A stretch of DNA of 60,825 bases from Octopus bimaculoides (lineage: Eukaryota): positions 103,730,620 to 103,791,444 of the forward strand of contig NC_068986.1 of NCBI RefSeq assembly GCF_001194135.2, in the 5' to 3' direction. Each line of letters begins with the position of its first letter. The first letter of the stretch is position 1. Under the pieces are notes generated by a model. It was not told the origin of the DNA. It worked only from the letters and a program-made list of their open reading frames with translations, and did no database searches. The translations under genes and the position numbers were made by a program. Positions 24,620 to 37,699 of this stretch are shown here, piece after piece.

Positions 24620-25560
24620 GATGAAGGAAGAAGAAGAAGAAGAANNNNNNNNNNNNNNNNNNNNNNNNNNNNNNNNNNNNNNNNNNNNNNNNNNNNNNNN
24701 NNNNNNNNNNNNNNNNNNNNNNNNNNNNNNNNNNNNNNNNNNNNNNNNNNNNNNNNNNNNNNNNNNNNNNNNNNNNNNNNNNNNNNNNNNNNNNNNNNNN
24801 NNNNNNNNNNNNNNNNNNNNNNNNNNNNNNNNNNNNNNNNNNNNNNNNNNNNNNNNNNNNNNNNNNNNNNNNNNNNNNNNNNNNNNNNNNNNNNNNNNNN
24901 NNNNNNNNNNNNNNNNNNNNNNNNNNNNNNNNNNNNNNNNNNNNNNNNNNNNNNNNNNNNNNNNNNNNNNNNNNNNNNNNNNNNNNNNNNNNNNNNNNNN
25001 NNNNNNNNNNNNNNNNNNNNNNNNNNNNNNNNNNNNNNNNNNNNNNNNNNNNNNNNNNNNNNNNNNNNNNNNNNNNNNNNNNNNNNNNNNNNNNNNNNNN
25101 NNNNNNNNNNNNAGGAGGGGTAAGAAGAAGGAGGAAAGGAGGAAGAGGAGGAGGAGGAAAGGAGGAAGAGGAGGAGGAGGGGTAAGAAGAAGGAGGAAAG
25201 GAGGAAGAGGAGGAGGAGGAAAGGAGGTAGAGGAAAAGAAGAAGAAGAAGAAGGAGGAGGAGGAGGAGGAGGAGAGGAGGTGGAGGAGGACAGGAAGAAG
25301 AAGAAGAAGAAGGAAGAGGAGGAGGAGAAGAAGAAGAAGAAGAGGAAAGAGGGAAGAGGAGGAGAAGAGTAACCACAACAACCACAACAATAACGAGGAT
25401 GAGGAGGAGAAAAAGAAGAGGAAGAAGAAAAGACAAAAGGAAAAAAGAAAAGGATGAAGAGGTGGGGAGGAGAGTAAAGGGAGGAGAGGAAGACGGAGGA
25501 GGGAATGATGAATAGTAGTAGTAGTAGTAGTAGTAGTAGCAGGAAAAGGAGTAAGGGAGG
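24620..25560. repeat. GA-rich (GAG/GAA)n low-complexity tract with gap
   Basis: Direct reading. Confidence 0.9.
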
Positions 25561-26309
25561 ATGTTATTTTGCTCTGTCCTTCAGCTTCGTAATTTAAGGA
25601 AGATATTTAAAGCAAACAGATAAATGGATGGTGAGATAATGATGAGGGTAGGAGGGAGAGGAGATAAAAGCATTAAAAAGAAAGAGAAAGAAGGGAGAAA
25701 GGTGGTCGAAAAGAGAGAGAGGGGGGAGGAGGAGGAGAAAAGGGAGTGAAAGAGAGAGGAAGGAAATAACGGGGGGGGGGGAGATGTACAAGGATCTGAA
25801 TTGGAAGGGGAGCAAAAAAGAAAGCGACGAAGGAGACATATAAGAAAGGTTAGCGTGCACCCAGACATGGTGAGTAAAGGGGTAGGCCGTTGAATAAGGG
25901 TGGATGTGTGAGAGAAAGAAAGAGAGCGAGAAACAGTAAGTGTGGATAGAGCATGTGTAATATATAACATGTGCGTTGCATTGAGTGGGTGTATAGTCTG
26001 GTATGCGAGAGATCTGTAGAAACTGCATGTGTAATATATGCGCATAAACGCACAACACACACACAGTGTGCGTGCATATGTGTGTGTGCGTGCGTGTGTG
26101 CTTGTGTGTGTGTGTGTGTGTTTGAAGCAGTACCTCCTTTTTCTATCTATCTCTCTCTCTCTATATATATATATACAAAGAATATATATACATGTATACA
26201 CACATATATGTNNNNNNNNNNNNNNNNNNNNNNNNNNNNNNNNNNNNNNNNNNNNNNNNNNNNNNNNNNNNNNNNNNNNNNNNNNNNNNNNNNNNNNNNN
26301 NNNNNNNNN

Positions 26310-26730
26310 NNGCTCTTGTCGTTCGTGAATGGGTTAATACCCACTTCGCCAGGAGATAGATCGATCATCGTGGTCCGCATAAGTAGCCAGCCAGGAATCT
26401 CGACTTAACACCCAGTGACTTTTTTCTTTGGGGTTAGTTAAACAAACAATTCTACTGTACCAAACCAAAGACTTTGGAGGAACTTGAAGGGGAAATGCGA
26501 GAAGTTATATGTCTTCCACCTTACAAGAGGTTTCATGTGACATTAGTTGATGCAATTCCGGAACAATTCATGAAGCTGGTGGCGACATCTGGAGCCCATA
26601 TCGAATTTTAAATAAGACCTCATACTAAATGCTTTCCTCTCATATACATTTTTAAAAATGAAAATTACAAATAATGAATACTTTATAAGTATTTTAAAAT
26701 AGGGAGTTACTTTTCAATCGCCCTGGATAT
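26310..26730 (+). mobile_element. Tc1/mariner C-terminal fragment
   Basis: DLTPSDFFLWG...TKPKTLEELEGEMREVI; ends in an atcgccctg TIR-like terminus. Confidence 0.7.
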
Positions 26731-26890
26731 ATAGTACAGGCTTCTTTCAATTACCGTCCACAAAATCCACTCACAAGAACTCTGTCAGCCCCAGGCTATA
26801 GTAGCAGACACTTACCCAATGTACCGCGCAGTGAGACTGAATAGGAAACCAGTGGTTAAGAAGCAAGCTTCTTACCACAGAACCACATAC

Positions 26891-26921
<31 letters not shown>

Positions 26922-27453
26922 TGTATGTATGTATGTATGTATGTATGCATGTATGTATGTATGTATGTATGCATGTATGCATGCATGTATGTATGTATGT
27001 ATGTATTGGGTTGGTGCATAATTATTGCGGCTTTTCTCAACAAATTTTATTCAACAAAACCAATAACTATATGTAACAAAAAGATCTTTAAATGAGGGTC
27101 TGACCGGCTGCCAAAACCACTGAATATTCATACTGAATTTTGAAAGGTTAGAAAATACAGGTTAAACAATAAATCATCGGAAAGAAAAGAGAAACAGAAT
27201 TCCCTAGAAACTGTTATTATACTGATGTAAACACTAAGGACTTTGTCACTTTTGTCTCGACTCCTAATCTACTAACATTCTATGAAATACTTTCTTAAAA
27301 TACTCAATGAAATAAATCACAGGTTATATTATGCTACTGACTTCTAAAAGGAATAAAATAGTGCTATATGTTATGGATACACGTTTAATGTCAATATTAG
27401 TAGCCTATGTGTAGCACTATGTCAGACAGCGACACCATATATTATTGATACAT

Positions 27454-27459
27454 TTTATT
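27454..27459 (-). terminator. Candidate polyadenylation signal AATAAA
   Basis: tttatt on + strand just downstream of the exon-4 stop; the motif is common in AT-rich DNA. Confidence 0.3.
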
Positions 27460-27501
27460 CTTTACAGAGAGTTCTAACAAAATCATACGCCGAATTTTCA
27501 T

Positions 27502-27569
27502 TTAACATGTAACCAGTTTCTTACGGGTAAAACGTCGTAATTTTAAAGCAATGATTGTCGGGTTGCAAA
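27502..27569 (-). CDS. Probable terminal coding exon 4
   Basis: Very strong acceptor (ctttcctttttctttttcttttatgcag). Phase 1 gives (V)CNPTIIALKLRRFTRKKLVTC*, starting x-Cys like exons 2 and 3. AATAAA ~42 nt after the stop; internal donor CCC|gtaaga at 27525 allows an alternative continuation. Confidence 0.6.
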
Positions 27570-28134
27570 CTGCATAAAAGAAAAAGAAAAAGGAAAGATA
27601 AATGAAAGAAAATCATTAAAGAAGACTTCATATAATTTGTTTCACAGATTGTTTTACAAAGTATCAGAATCGTTTTAGCTTTATCGGTGTATAACAAATA
27701 TATTAAATGTTTGAAACGATGCGGTATACGAGTTAATTCGATAATACATCAAACTTGTGAAGCGTTGAGGATATTGAGACAATGGTGTGGATGTGAGAAA
27801 AATGTTATCAAGTTACGATGGATGATTAGGGTTGCTGTGATTAGAGTTGAGAAATGAAAGATGTATGCAAATGGTATTCTTAAAGGAGAGGACAAATGTT
27901 TCGAATTTTACTAACGTTGATCAGTAAAAATAGATTACATACATAGCGAAGTTAAATTATATATACGTGAACGAATAGAAGAGCTAAGCGAGGGACATTC
28001 ACCCTATGTAATTCGCTGAAATACATTTTAAAAAATCCTATAAAAATATTTTCTCATTACTCCCCCCTCTCTGAAAATATACAAGCGTATAGTATAGTAC
28101 AGCGTACACACACACATATACAAGGAACACACAC

Positions 28135-28502
28135 ATAAAGCTATGACAACCACCGACTTGAGGGGCACTCCATAATACAATAGATACCGTCTTCTTCATC
28201 TAAGATAAGGACCCAGTATTGCAACAGCTTGTGGTTCAGTGTACCACAACTGTTAAAAATCTTACCCAAGAACATACGAGATTTGCAAATGGTAGAAGCG
28301 GAAACGTTCAAGAAGCTCCTGGACAAATTTCTATTTGAAATCCCAGACGAGCCCACATCGTGGCAGGAGGCACAAAGAAGAGCAGCTCCCTCCAGCTCGC
28401 TTCATCACTAAAAACAGTATCGAAAGGAGACGCCAAAACATCGAAAGGCAGTGATCCAGTATGGCCCCAGCCTCTGGCTGAAACCAGTAAAAGAATAAAA
28501 GA
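28135..28502 (+). mobile_element. CR1/L2-group LINE 3' end with 3'UTR
   Basis: NSLWFSVPQLLKILPKNIRDL...FKKLLDKFLFEIPDEPTSWQEAQRRAAPSSSL*; tail ctgaaaccagtaaaagaataaaagaat. Confidence 0.8.
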
Positions 28503-28503
28503 A

Positions 28504-28553
<50 letters not shown>

Positions 28554-28574
28554 ATTTAAATGGTTGGTAGGGAA

Positions 28575-28880
28575 GACTTTTTAAAAGTAGTGGTTTTTTT
28601 ATTGCAGCCCTCTCGTGAAACCCAGCTTTGTGCAGCTCCCAGCGAACAGTTTTGTGGAAACTTGGTTCTCAAAGTGGTCATTAAGATCTGCATTAATTTA
28701 CGGAACTGTATTTTTGCGATCCTTTCTAACAATTTGCGTAAGAGTCCGACGGTCCCTCTCTGAAAGTTTTGGTTTTCTTCCGGAGTTTTGTTTCAATGAG
28801 GAGGTTTTTCCTTCTTTCTCAAAGGCTGTTATTACTTTCGAGACAGTACTTCTTGATACACCAAGCATTTCGGGTGTTAA
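28575..28880 (-). mobile_element. Tc1 transposase N-terminal fragment
   Basis: LGVSRSTVSKVITAFEKEGKTSSLKQNSGRKPKLSERDRRTLTQIVRKDRK...ELHKAGFHERAAIKKPLL. Confidence 0.9.
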
Positions 28881-29254
28881 ATAGAATGAGACAACAAAGC
28901 CAAGGCAGAGTAGAATTTTCAGGACATTTATAAAGAGAAAGTTAGTCTTACAGCTGTTATCTTACAGTGAGATGGTGAGGGAAATATTAGAGTTATTAGA
29001 GTAGAGAAATATGTTATTTTGGAAAAGGAATCAAATAAGGAGTATATAGGGAAATAGGAGAAATGTAGAAACAAAAATAAAAATGTATAAAGATGTTATA
29101 CTTGCATTTCCATTATCCAAGGAAAGTGATGTGTAGAAGTGGTAGAAATGGTTTTTGCCCATGGTATGTAAATTCTAATAGGAGTTCATATCTTGTCATC
29201 ACAAGTGTAGAGACGTAGATTCCACGTGCTATTCATTGAATGAACAGCACATGG

Positions 29255-29795
29255 TATTTACGTCTCCCCTCTTCACGCGTCACCACAGTCACATGTCCCA
29301 GCAGGACAATGCTCCCTCCCATACGGCCAGGGTTACCATAGGCTTCCTGCGTCAGCACAACATCAGAACCATGCTGTGACCGGCTCTCACTCCGGATTTG
29401 AACCTAATTGAAACACCTGAAATACCAGAGATGGCTAAACCAGGTGGTCCCAAGGCCGATAACTCTTGTGGAACTGTAGGCAGCTTTCCTCAGGTTGTGG
29501 ACACAGGTGTCAATGGCTTTTGTGAATCGCCTCATGCACTCTATGTTCCGACGGTGTATGGCCGTTTTGAACACCCAAGTAGGGCATACACGGTATTGAA
29601 TCTGTCACGCCCTACAATCTCGATGTGCTGGATCCCCTCACTACCAGAACACATGACAGTGACCCATACACTGTGGTCAAAATGCATCCAAGAAATTGAC
29701 TTTATCAGATTTATCAAAATGTATCTCTGACATAATGGAATTAAAATATATATTTCAGTGTCACACACGTCTCGCGTTTCTTTTGCGGTTCAGTG
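29255..29795 (+). mobile_element. Tc1 transposon 3' half (DDE C-terminus and right end)
   Basis: QQDNAPSHTARVT...PALTPDLNLIE...SMFRRCMAVL...GHTRY*; ends ttcagtg followed by TA. Confidence 0.9.
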
Positions 29796-30050
29796 TATAA
29801 CTTTACGCTCATCAGAGTTAATCGAAATGGATAGGAATATGGTGACTGCTCTCTATTGTCGGAGGTGGATTAGCACAAGCGGTCAGCGGCTGCTGTGAAA
29901 AAGGTGGTGGAACGAAAAAGAGGCCAGGGGGCTTAGTTTAGGAGTTATGTCCCTTGGTTGAGTATGCTGTGAAGCCGTTAAGAGTTATCTTGAGGTAGGA
30001 AAAGTATGTATTATTAATGTGGTGCTCATATTTACAATTTTTCCGTGTGC

Positions 30051-30092
<42 letters not shown>

Positions 30093-30369
30093 NNNNNNNN
30101 NNNNNNNNNNNNNNNNNNNNNNNNNNNNNNNNNNNNNNNNNNNNNNNNNNNNNNNNNNNNNNNNNNNNNNNNNNNNNNNNNNNNNNNNNNNNNNNNNNNN
30201 NNNNNNNNNNNNNNNNNNNNNNNNNNNNNNNNNNNNNNNNNNNNNNNNNNNNNNNNNNNNNNNNNNNNNNNNNNNNNNNNNNNNNNNNNNNNNNNNNNNN
30301 NNNNNNNGTGTGTGTGTGTGTGTGTGTGGTGGTCTGTGTATATGTGGGGATACAATTTATGTGAAGGAG

Positions 30370-30470
30370 TATTAGGGTTACTGGAAGTTTGAAAATGCAG
30401 TCGAAGGACAGAAACAGTTTAGGAGGGAATTTCAAACGACTCATCCATGCAACTTGCCATCACTCAAATT
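30370..30470 (+). mobile_element. Tc1/mariner N-terminal HTH fragment
   Basis: YWKFENAVEGQKQFRREFQT resembles mariner-family N-termini; short. Confidence 0.4.
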
Positions 30471-30599
30471 AGGAATCAGAGAAGGCATTCTCCGTCGTTT
30501 ATTGCTCAGATGGCCTTACTTGTTGAGAAGTAGAGAAAATCAAGATTCTTATGAGTTCGTTGATATTATTTTTGTCAACCAACGAAATTATTAGCAGCA

Positions 30600-31250
30600 G
30601 TTTGGATGGTGAGATAGCTATGCGCTGTTTGATGTATGAAGTTATCTATCGATTTCTTGTTTTCGACAGTGGTGTTGTTGAAGTCAAGATGTTGGTTGAA
30701 AGGTGCATTATTTTGAGGCATGGGTCAGTTTCTTCTTCTGTTGTTGGGGTTGGCTTTTACCTAGCTGCAGCGCAACTATGAATAAATCACTCGGAGAATT
30801 TAGCGCATTGAGCTTTTGTTGATTGTGGAATGGAGCGGGATGTGTCTAAAATTATCGTTTCAGTCATGTGCTTAGCCGTTTTAAATGGGCCAGGAGTGAA
30901 GCACAAATACAGCCAGAGATTGATGGTATAAAAACTGGTGGGACTCTGATAATTTAGCAGACTTGAAAAGCAATAAGACGCACATGAGAAAAGCGTGTTA
31001 TGTGATACTAGTATATGTGTCGGAAACAGTGATCGGATGACCCCATAGGTGTAGAGAATGTTATAGTATGTTTGAGATTAGGTCTGGAAGCGAGAAAGAG
31101 TTCGAGTATGTTTGGGGTGTCCGAGTGTCAACCTGTGATGATCTGTGTAGAGATTAAGTGAAGTTGATTTTGAGATGAATCAAGTCGATGTAATGAATGG
31201 AGAATTACGAAAGATTCGGTTTCTGAATCGACTGCATCAGTTTGCGATAA
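30600..31250 (-). mobile_element. Old CR1/L2-like LINE remnant (APE C-terminus)
   Basis: LTQII...NILELFLASRP...PMGSSDH matches the C-terminal APE motif (LDLFL...GSSDH); heavily degraded. Confidence 0.45.
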
Positions 31251-31471
31251 GCAGGAAAACTACAAGGAGTGGCACATCTTGTACTGACCGACGTGGCTGG
31301 CTTCGGACTGGTGTGAAGTGATATGCTGGTCATCTGAAGAATTTCCTGGGAGTAGATGGGCTTGTGTGTGTAGAAAGAGTATATGTGTATGTGTATACTT
31401 TGTGAGTGTTTGTGTCCGTGTCAGCTTGAATTTCAACAAACGATAAAATGAAAATATATATATATATATAC

Positions 31472-31603
31472 CTTGTTCGGAGCGTATACCTAAAATAGGT
31501 TGATTATTTTGAATATCGCAGTATTCCGTTACACATAGATTATTGACGGCACCCATCCATGTTTCACCTGCGCTTAAGCAATTTCCGCTGTTAACTTTGC
31601 AAT
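31472..31603 (-). CDS. Coding exon 3, Cys-rich module 2
   Basis: Polypyrimidine tract with ttctaat branch-like site and ctcag acceptor, donor AAG|gtatat, 132 nt, phase 1-1, open: (Y)CKVNSGNCLSAGETWMGAVNNLCVTEYCDIQNNQPILGIRSEQ. Lies within ORF 31260..31661. Confidence 0.85.
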
Positions 31604-33337
31604 CTGAGAACATTAAAGAAATTAGAATTAAAAGAAAAAAATAGTATCTTAATATACACATGTTAACTTCACCTACTAACTCGTTTTCTCTATCTCCACA
31701 TTCATTACTTTTTCTCCCTCACTATCAATCTCCCTATACATAAATAGATATGAAATATATATTTATTTGTTGTTGTACATCTATATATATATATATANNN
31801 NNNNNNNNNNNNNNNNNNNNNNNNNNNNNNNNNNNNNNNNNNNNNNNNNNNNNNNNNNNNNNNNNNNNNNNNNNNNNNNNNNNNNNNNNNNNNNNNNNNN
31901 NNNNNNNNNNNNNNNNNNNNNNNNNNNNNNNNNNNNNNNNNNNNNNNNNNNNNNNNNNNNNNNNNNNNNNNNNNNNNNNNNNNNNNNNNNNNNNNNNNNN
32001 NNNNNNNNNNNNNNNNNNNNNNNNNNNNNNNNNNNNNNNNNNNNNNNNNNNNNNNNNNNNNNNNNNNNNNNNNNNNNNNNNNNNNNNNNNNNNNNNNNNN
32101 NNNNNNNNNNNNNNNNNNNNNNNNNNNNNNNNNNNNNNNNNNNNNNNNNNNNNNNNNNNNNNNNNNNNNNNNNNNNNNNNNNNNNNNNNNNNNNNNNNNN
32201 NNNNNNNNNNNNNNNNNNNNNNNNNNNNNNNNNNNNNNNNNNNNNNNNNNNNNNNNNNNNNNNNNNNNNNNNNNNNNNNNNNNNNNNNNNNNNNNNNNNN
32301 NNNNNNNNNNNNNNNNNNNNNNNNNNNNNNNNNNNNNNNNNNNNNNNNNNNNNNNNNNNNNNNNNNNNNNNNNNNNNNNNNNNNNNNNNNNNNNNNNNNN
32401 NNNNNNNNNNNNNNNNNNNNNNNNNNNNNNNNNNNNNNNNNNNNNNNNNNNNNNNNNNNNNNNNNNNNNNNNNNNNNNNNNNNNNNNNNNNNNNNNNNNN
32501 NNNNNNNNNNNNNNNNNNNNNNNNNNNNNNNNNNNNNNNNNNNNNNNNNNNNNNNNNNNNNNNNNNNNNNNNNNNNNNNNNNNNNNNNNNNNNNNNNNNN
32601 NNNNNNNNNNNNNNNNNNNNNNNNNNTTTCCGAGTGAATAACATATATATTGGGTCGTAAATAGCATATATATATGTCATTTATAAACATATCCATAAAT
32701 ATATACATATACATACACACCAACACACATACATATATATTCAACTACATACATACACAGGTAGAAATATACTGACGCACATATTCATATATAACTACAC
32801 ACACATATATATATATATAGTACATATTCTCGCGGCAACGACATAAAGACATACATATGTTAAAATATACGTTTACGATCACATACTTATACACATAAAC
32901 AAGCGATCATATACATACACAAGAGCATACACATCCCTAAACATCGATAGATCCAAACACATAATTGTATACACATACACATACTTACTTAAGCACATAT
33001 ACATTGTTGTTCATTCACAAAATACTTACATCCGAACAGGGAATGCTAGGAATTTAAAATGGCGTTATAAAAACAGATATTGTGAGAGGAGAAATTGCAT
33101 AGAAAGATAAGGACAGAGAAAGAAAGGAAGGGTAAAACAAAGAGAGAGTGAGACAGAGAAAGAGGGGAGAGGAAAGGGCGAATTGTAAATATAAAAAGAA
33201 TGCATGAAAATAAAAGAAAAGAAGGGGAGAGGGGACAAATTATGGGAAGTAAGATGGAAGAAAAAATAAAATTTGCAGAAATTACTATTAGGTTATGGGA
33301 AGAAATTATTTGAAAGAATTAAAAAGCTATAAATTGT

Positions 33338-33398
<61 letters not shown>

Positions 33399-33854
33399 TA
33401 NNNNNNNNNNNNNNNNNNNNNNNNNNNNNNNNNNNNNNNNNNNNNNNNNNNNNNNNNNNNNNNNNNNNNNNNNNNNNNNNNNNNNNNNNNNNNNNNNNNN
33501 NNNNNNNNNNNNNNNNNNNNNNNNNNNNNNNNNNNNNNNNNNNNNNNNNNNNNNNNNNNNNNNNNNNNNNNNNNNNNNNNNNNNNNNNNNNNNNNNNNNN
33601 NNNNNNNNNNNNNNNNNNNNNNNNNNNNNNNNNNNNNNNNNNNNNNNNNNNNNNNNNNNNNNNNNNNNNNNNNNNNNNNNNNNNNNNNNNNNNNNNNNNN
33701 NNNNNNNNNNNNNNNNNNNNNNNNNNNNNNNNNNNNNNNNNNNNNNNNNNNNNNNNNNNNNNNNNNNNNNNNNNNNNNNNNNNNNNNNNNNNNNNNNNNN
33801 NNNNNNNNNNNNNNNNNNNNNNNNNNNNNNNNNNNNNNNNNNNNNNNNNNNATC

Positions 33855-36046
33855 CCTCCAATTTGAGTTTTTTTTCGATACAGTTACAAATTAAAATTTT
33901 TTTACGTTTGGTATCAACTTCCAGCAACTTCGTTTCTTTTTCTTTCGCTTGTGCGATATATGATATTTGAAAAGAATCATATCACCATTCCATTGGCTCT
34001 TCTATTCTCTTGGGTTCGCTCTCAACTAATCTTTGTGTTTAGTTCATTTATATATCTCTTGTGCACCCATTTTCTTCCTTTTACCAAGTATAGCATTTTT
34101 CCTATGCGTTTGGTAATCACGCTGTCTTCTCAACTTTGCTTTCCGTTCTTATATGTCCTAACAAATGCATTTTCACCAATTTTGAAATATCTTGCTGTAT
34201 TATCAATTGCAATTTTTCTTTTCTTACCAGGTAGTAATTTGTCGAAGACTGATTTTAGTTGACTCGCAAACATCAACTCCACTGGTAATATACCTGGTGG
34301 TGTATTTAGATTTGGAGTCCTTCGATATACTCTTAGGAATATTTGTAGAGCTACTTCGTCCGTGATTTCCTAATTCGACTTTCTTATAGCTCTCCTGACT
34401 GTATCGAGAAAACGTTCTGCCTGTCCGTTAGATCTGGGATGGTGTGGCGCAGTAGTTACATGTTCTACAGCGAACGTTTTACAAAACCTTTTAAACTCAA
34501 AAGACACAAGTTGCATTCCATTATCAAACACTATCGCGGCTGGGACTCCAAATCTCGCAAACATCTCATGTAGAAAGTTTGTCGTAGTTAAGGAGGTTGG
34601 CTTTTTACACTTACAAATTTCTACCATTTAGTGAAACTATCTACTACCACTAAATATTATGAAACGTTTAAGGTGGGCAGCTAAGTCAATGTGGGGTCTC
34701 GACCACGGAACATCTACTTTCGGCCAAGATTCGCTTTTTATCGTCGGTAATTTTGCTGCCAGATCACATCCTATACAGCCTTTTACTAAATTTTCACTTT
34801 CTCTATCCATTTTGGCCAGTACACGTAGCTACGAATTAAAGCTTTCATCCTCGAAATATCAGGATGTCCAACATGGAATTCCCTCAACCGTTTCTTTTGT
34901 AGTGTTTCAGGCATCACTTTCTTCTCTGCATACATTAGTACGCCATCACAAATTAAGTGTAGGTTCACGTCTTAGTTTCATTTCGCATCCATCCTGTTCC
35001 TATTTACTTTCCCTGATCACAGTATTTTAAAAAAATTCTGTTATGAATTTGTCCTTTTCCGCATTTTGTTTTATGTCTTCAAGGGTCCCCGGTAATTCGC
35101 ATACCAAATTCCACATTACATTTTTGATTTCTCCTTCTGATCTTAATGCTGCGATTATCGTATCATCGAATGGCTCACTGTGTTTCGGTATCAGTCTGGG
35201 CGAACCATCTGCATGCCCTTGTTTCTTTGACGGTAAATATTCCATTTTGAAATCATAATTCAATAATGTAATGCCCCATCGCTGTAGTCTATTAGCTGCG
35301 TGTGTTGGTATTCCTGTTTTAGAACCATATATCGACAGTAGTGAGCGATGATCCATTGTAGACAGAAACTTCTCCCATGAATAAATCTATGGAACTTTTT
35401 ACACCGAATATAATTTCTAACGCTTCCTTTTCTATTTGGCTGTAGTTCCTCTCTGCTGATAATAACGATCAGGACGCATGTCCTACACCCTTTTCACTCC
35501 CATCTTCATATTTGTACAGACGCATGGCTCCTATACTGTAATCACTTGCATCTGTAGCCAATATAATTTCCAACTTCGGATCAAAATGCATTAACGATAA
35601 ATTTGATGTTGAAATGTTTTTTAATTTGTCAAATGATTTCTGGCACTTATCAGTCCAGCACCATTTTGCATTTTTCGTTAACAAATCATTTAGCAGAGCC
35701 CTTACATTGTGTATACTGGAATATAAATTTGGTAGTTATTTACTAATCCCCAAAATGCCTGAAGCACGGTCACATTATTCGGTGTGGCTATATTTTTTAT
35801 CGCAGTTACTCTGGATGGATCCGGTTTCCATCCGTTTTTATCTATTATCTGGCTCAAGTATTTAATTTTTTTTCAGAAAGAACTCACACTTTTCTTCATT
35901 TAGCTAAAAACCGTATTCTCTTATTTTTTCAAATACCCTTTTTACGTGTTCTACATGTTGTTCGTATGATTCGTGTTGTATTAGGATACCGTCTAAATAG
36001 GGATTACAAAATCTCAGTCCGCTAGCATTGGATTCATTACTTGTTG
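33855..36046 (-). mobile_element. Ty3/Gypsy LTR retrotransposon pol remnant (RT, RNase H, integrase), degraded
   Basis: Frameshifted translations: YLDGILI (RT YxDD-like), ATDASDYSIG and ERNYSQIEKEAL (RNase H), HVGHPDISRMKALIRSYVYWP (integrase Zn-binding), FGVPAAIVFDNG and HPRSNGQAERF (integrase core). No LTRs seen. Confidence 0.95.
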
Positions 36047-36204
36047 ATTCCTGAACCAGTTGGCGTCTTTTATCCTTGAGCAAGGTGCTTCATTTCACGT
36101 TGCTCCAGTCTACTCGGCTGTAAATGAGTACCAGCTAAGTGCTAGTGCGGCCCTTTCTCCTAGGTCTAAAAGTTGGGAGTGATGCATAGGTATCTATGTG
36201 TAGG

Positions 36205-36544
36205 CAGTGGCGGACTGGCCAGGTTGACACCTTTCCAGATGGCAAGTGGACCATGTGCCATTAGATTCCATATATGGGGGTCCATGTTAGTATCTTAGGG
36301 GCCCACCCCCTAAAATTTGAGAATTTGTTTTATTCACTCCTGGAAGACTGCATTGATTATTTCAGCCTGGATACGTCTGTAGACAGTTGAAAAGAATACT
36401 TTTAACAAAAAAGAAAACAAATTAAATGATTGTATTGTAGTTGCGGGTGGGCCCCCTTGTAGTTGCTGGTGGGCCCCCTCATAGTTACTGGTGGGCCTCC
36501 TTAGTTTCCTGGCAACCAATATTTCTAGACCCAGTCCGTCACTG
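36205..36544. mobile_element. hAT-type MITE
   Basis: 14-bp TIR cagtggcggactgg / ccagtccgtcactg; perfect 8-bp TSD tgtgtagg; three internal gtagttgc.ggtgggcccc-like repeats. Confidence 0.9.
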
Positions 36545-36569
36545 TGTGTAGGTATCTATTTCGCTTCAG

Positions 36570-37238
36570 TAATATGACTGCGGCCATGCTGGGGCATCGG
36601 CTTGAAAGTTTTAGTCGAACAATTCAATCTCAGTAGTTTTCTTTTTAAATCTAGTTATACTTTATCGACCTTTTTGTCGAGCCACTAAGTTACGGATGCG
36701 TAACAAACCAATAACGGTTGTCAATTAGTGAAGGCGGAGTCAAGCACAAACACAAATACAAGTACATTCACACATATGTATATGTACGACGGGTTTCCAC
36801 ATACTTACCATCTACCAAGGCATTGGTTGGCTCCTCGCTATAGTAGTAAACAATTGGTCAGTAAGGTCCTCGCAGTGTGACTGAGTCCGAAATCACGTGG
36901 TTGCAAAGCAAGCTCCGTAACTACACAACCATGTCACAGGCATCGAAAGCAATTAGCGAAAGTATGGTACATTCTACCAGATTATATTTGCTTACCAGTG
37001 ACGGCTATGAATGATCACACACGCACATATATTATGTGGAATGAAATATTAATATTCTATTGCTTGTTTCAGTTATTTGACTGCAGCCATGCTGGAGCAC
37101 CACCTTCAGTCGAGCAAATCGACTCCAGGACTTATTCTTTGTAAGCCTAGTACTTATTCTATCGGTTTTATTGCCGAACCGCTAAGTTACGGGGACGTGA
37201 ACACATCAACATCGGTTGTCAAGCGATGGTGGCGGGGA

Positions 37239-37303
<65 letters not shown>

Positions 37304-37480
37304 ACACACATACACTCACAGACACACACACATATATACTACGGGATTCTTTCAGTTTCCTTCAATAAATCCACTTACAAGGCTTTGGTCAGCCTGAGAT
37401 TATAGTAGAAGACACATGCCCTAGGTACCATGCAGTGGGACTGAAACCGGAAACTTCTTATCACGCAGTCACACTGCGCC
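36570..37480 (-). mobile_element. Two family-B SINEs (36570-36940, 37060-37480)
   Basis: Both show the gactgcggccatgctgg tail, an internal (CA)n and the cagtgggactgaa head. Confidence 0.8.
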
Positions 37481-37699
37481 TAATATATAGAATAAGTGAT
37501 AACGAGTATGAACTAAATAAAAATTACGTGTGACACATTAGATTGTTTGCACAGTCGAAGTCCCAGAGACGTTTCATCGGAGGTGGCCAGCACTGAAATG
37601 TTAATGTGTATTTTTGACGGAAACTTTATCGTTTGTTAAAAACTTTTCCGTTTATTCCCGTCACTAAAACCTCGTGTAAAGACAATCGTTTATTCTTTT

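Noticed and set aside
24516-25457. Long Glu/Arg/Lys- or Ser/Leu/Pro-rich ORFs
   Set aside because: GA-rich low-complexity repeat plus N gap.
31705-32744. ~300-aa ORFs here and at 803-1324, 5243-5974, 7144-7799 and 57663-58388
   Set aside because: Consist almost entirely of X from assembly gaps.
37524-37592. Minus-strand Cys-containing candidate exon (CWPPPMKRLWDFDCANNLMCH)
   Set aside because: Its phases are incompatible with the phase 1-1 flanking exons and the donor is weak.
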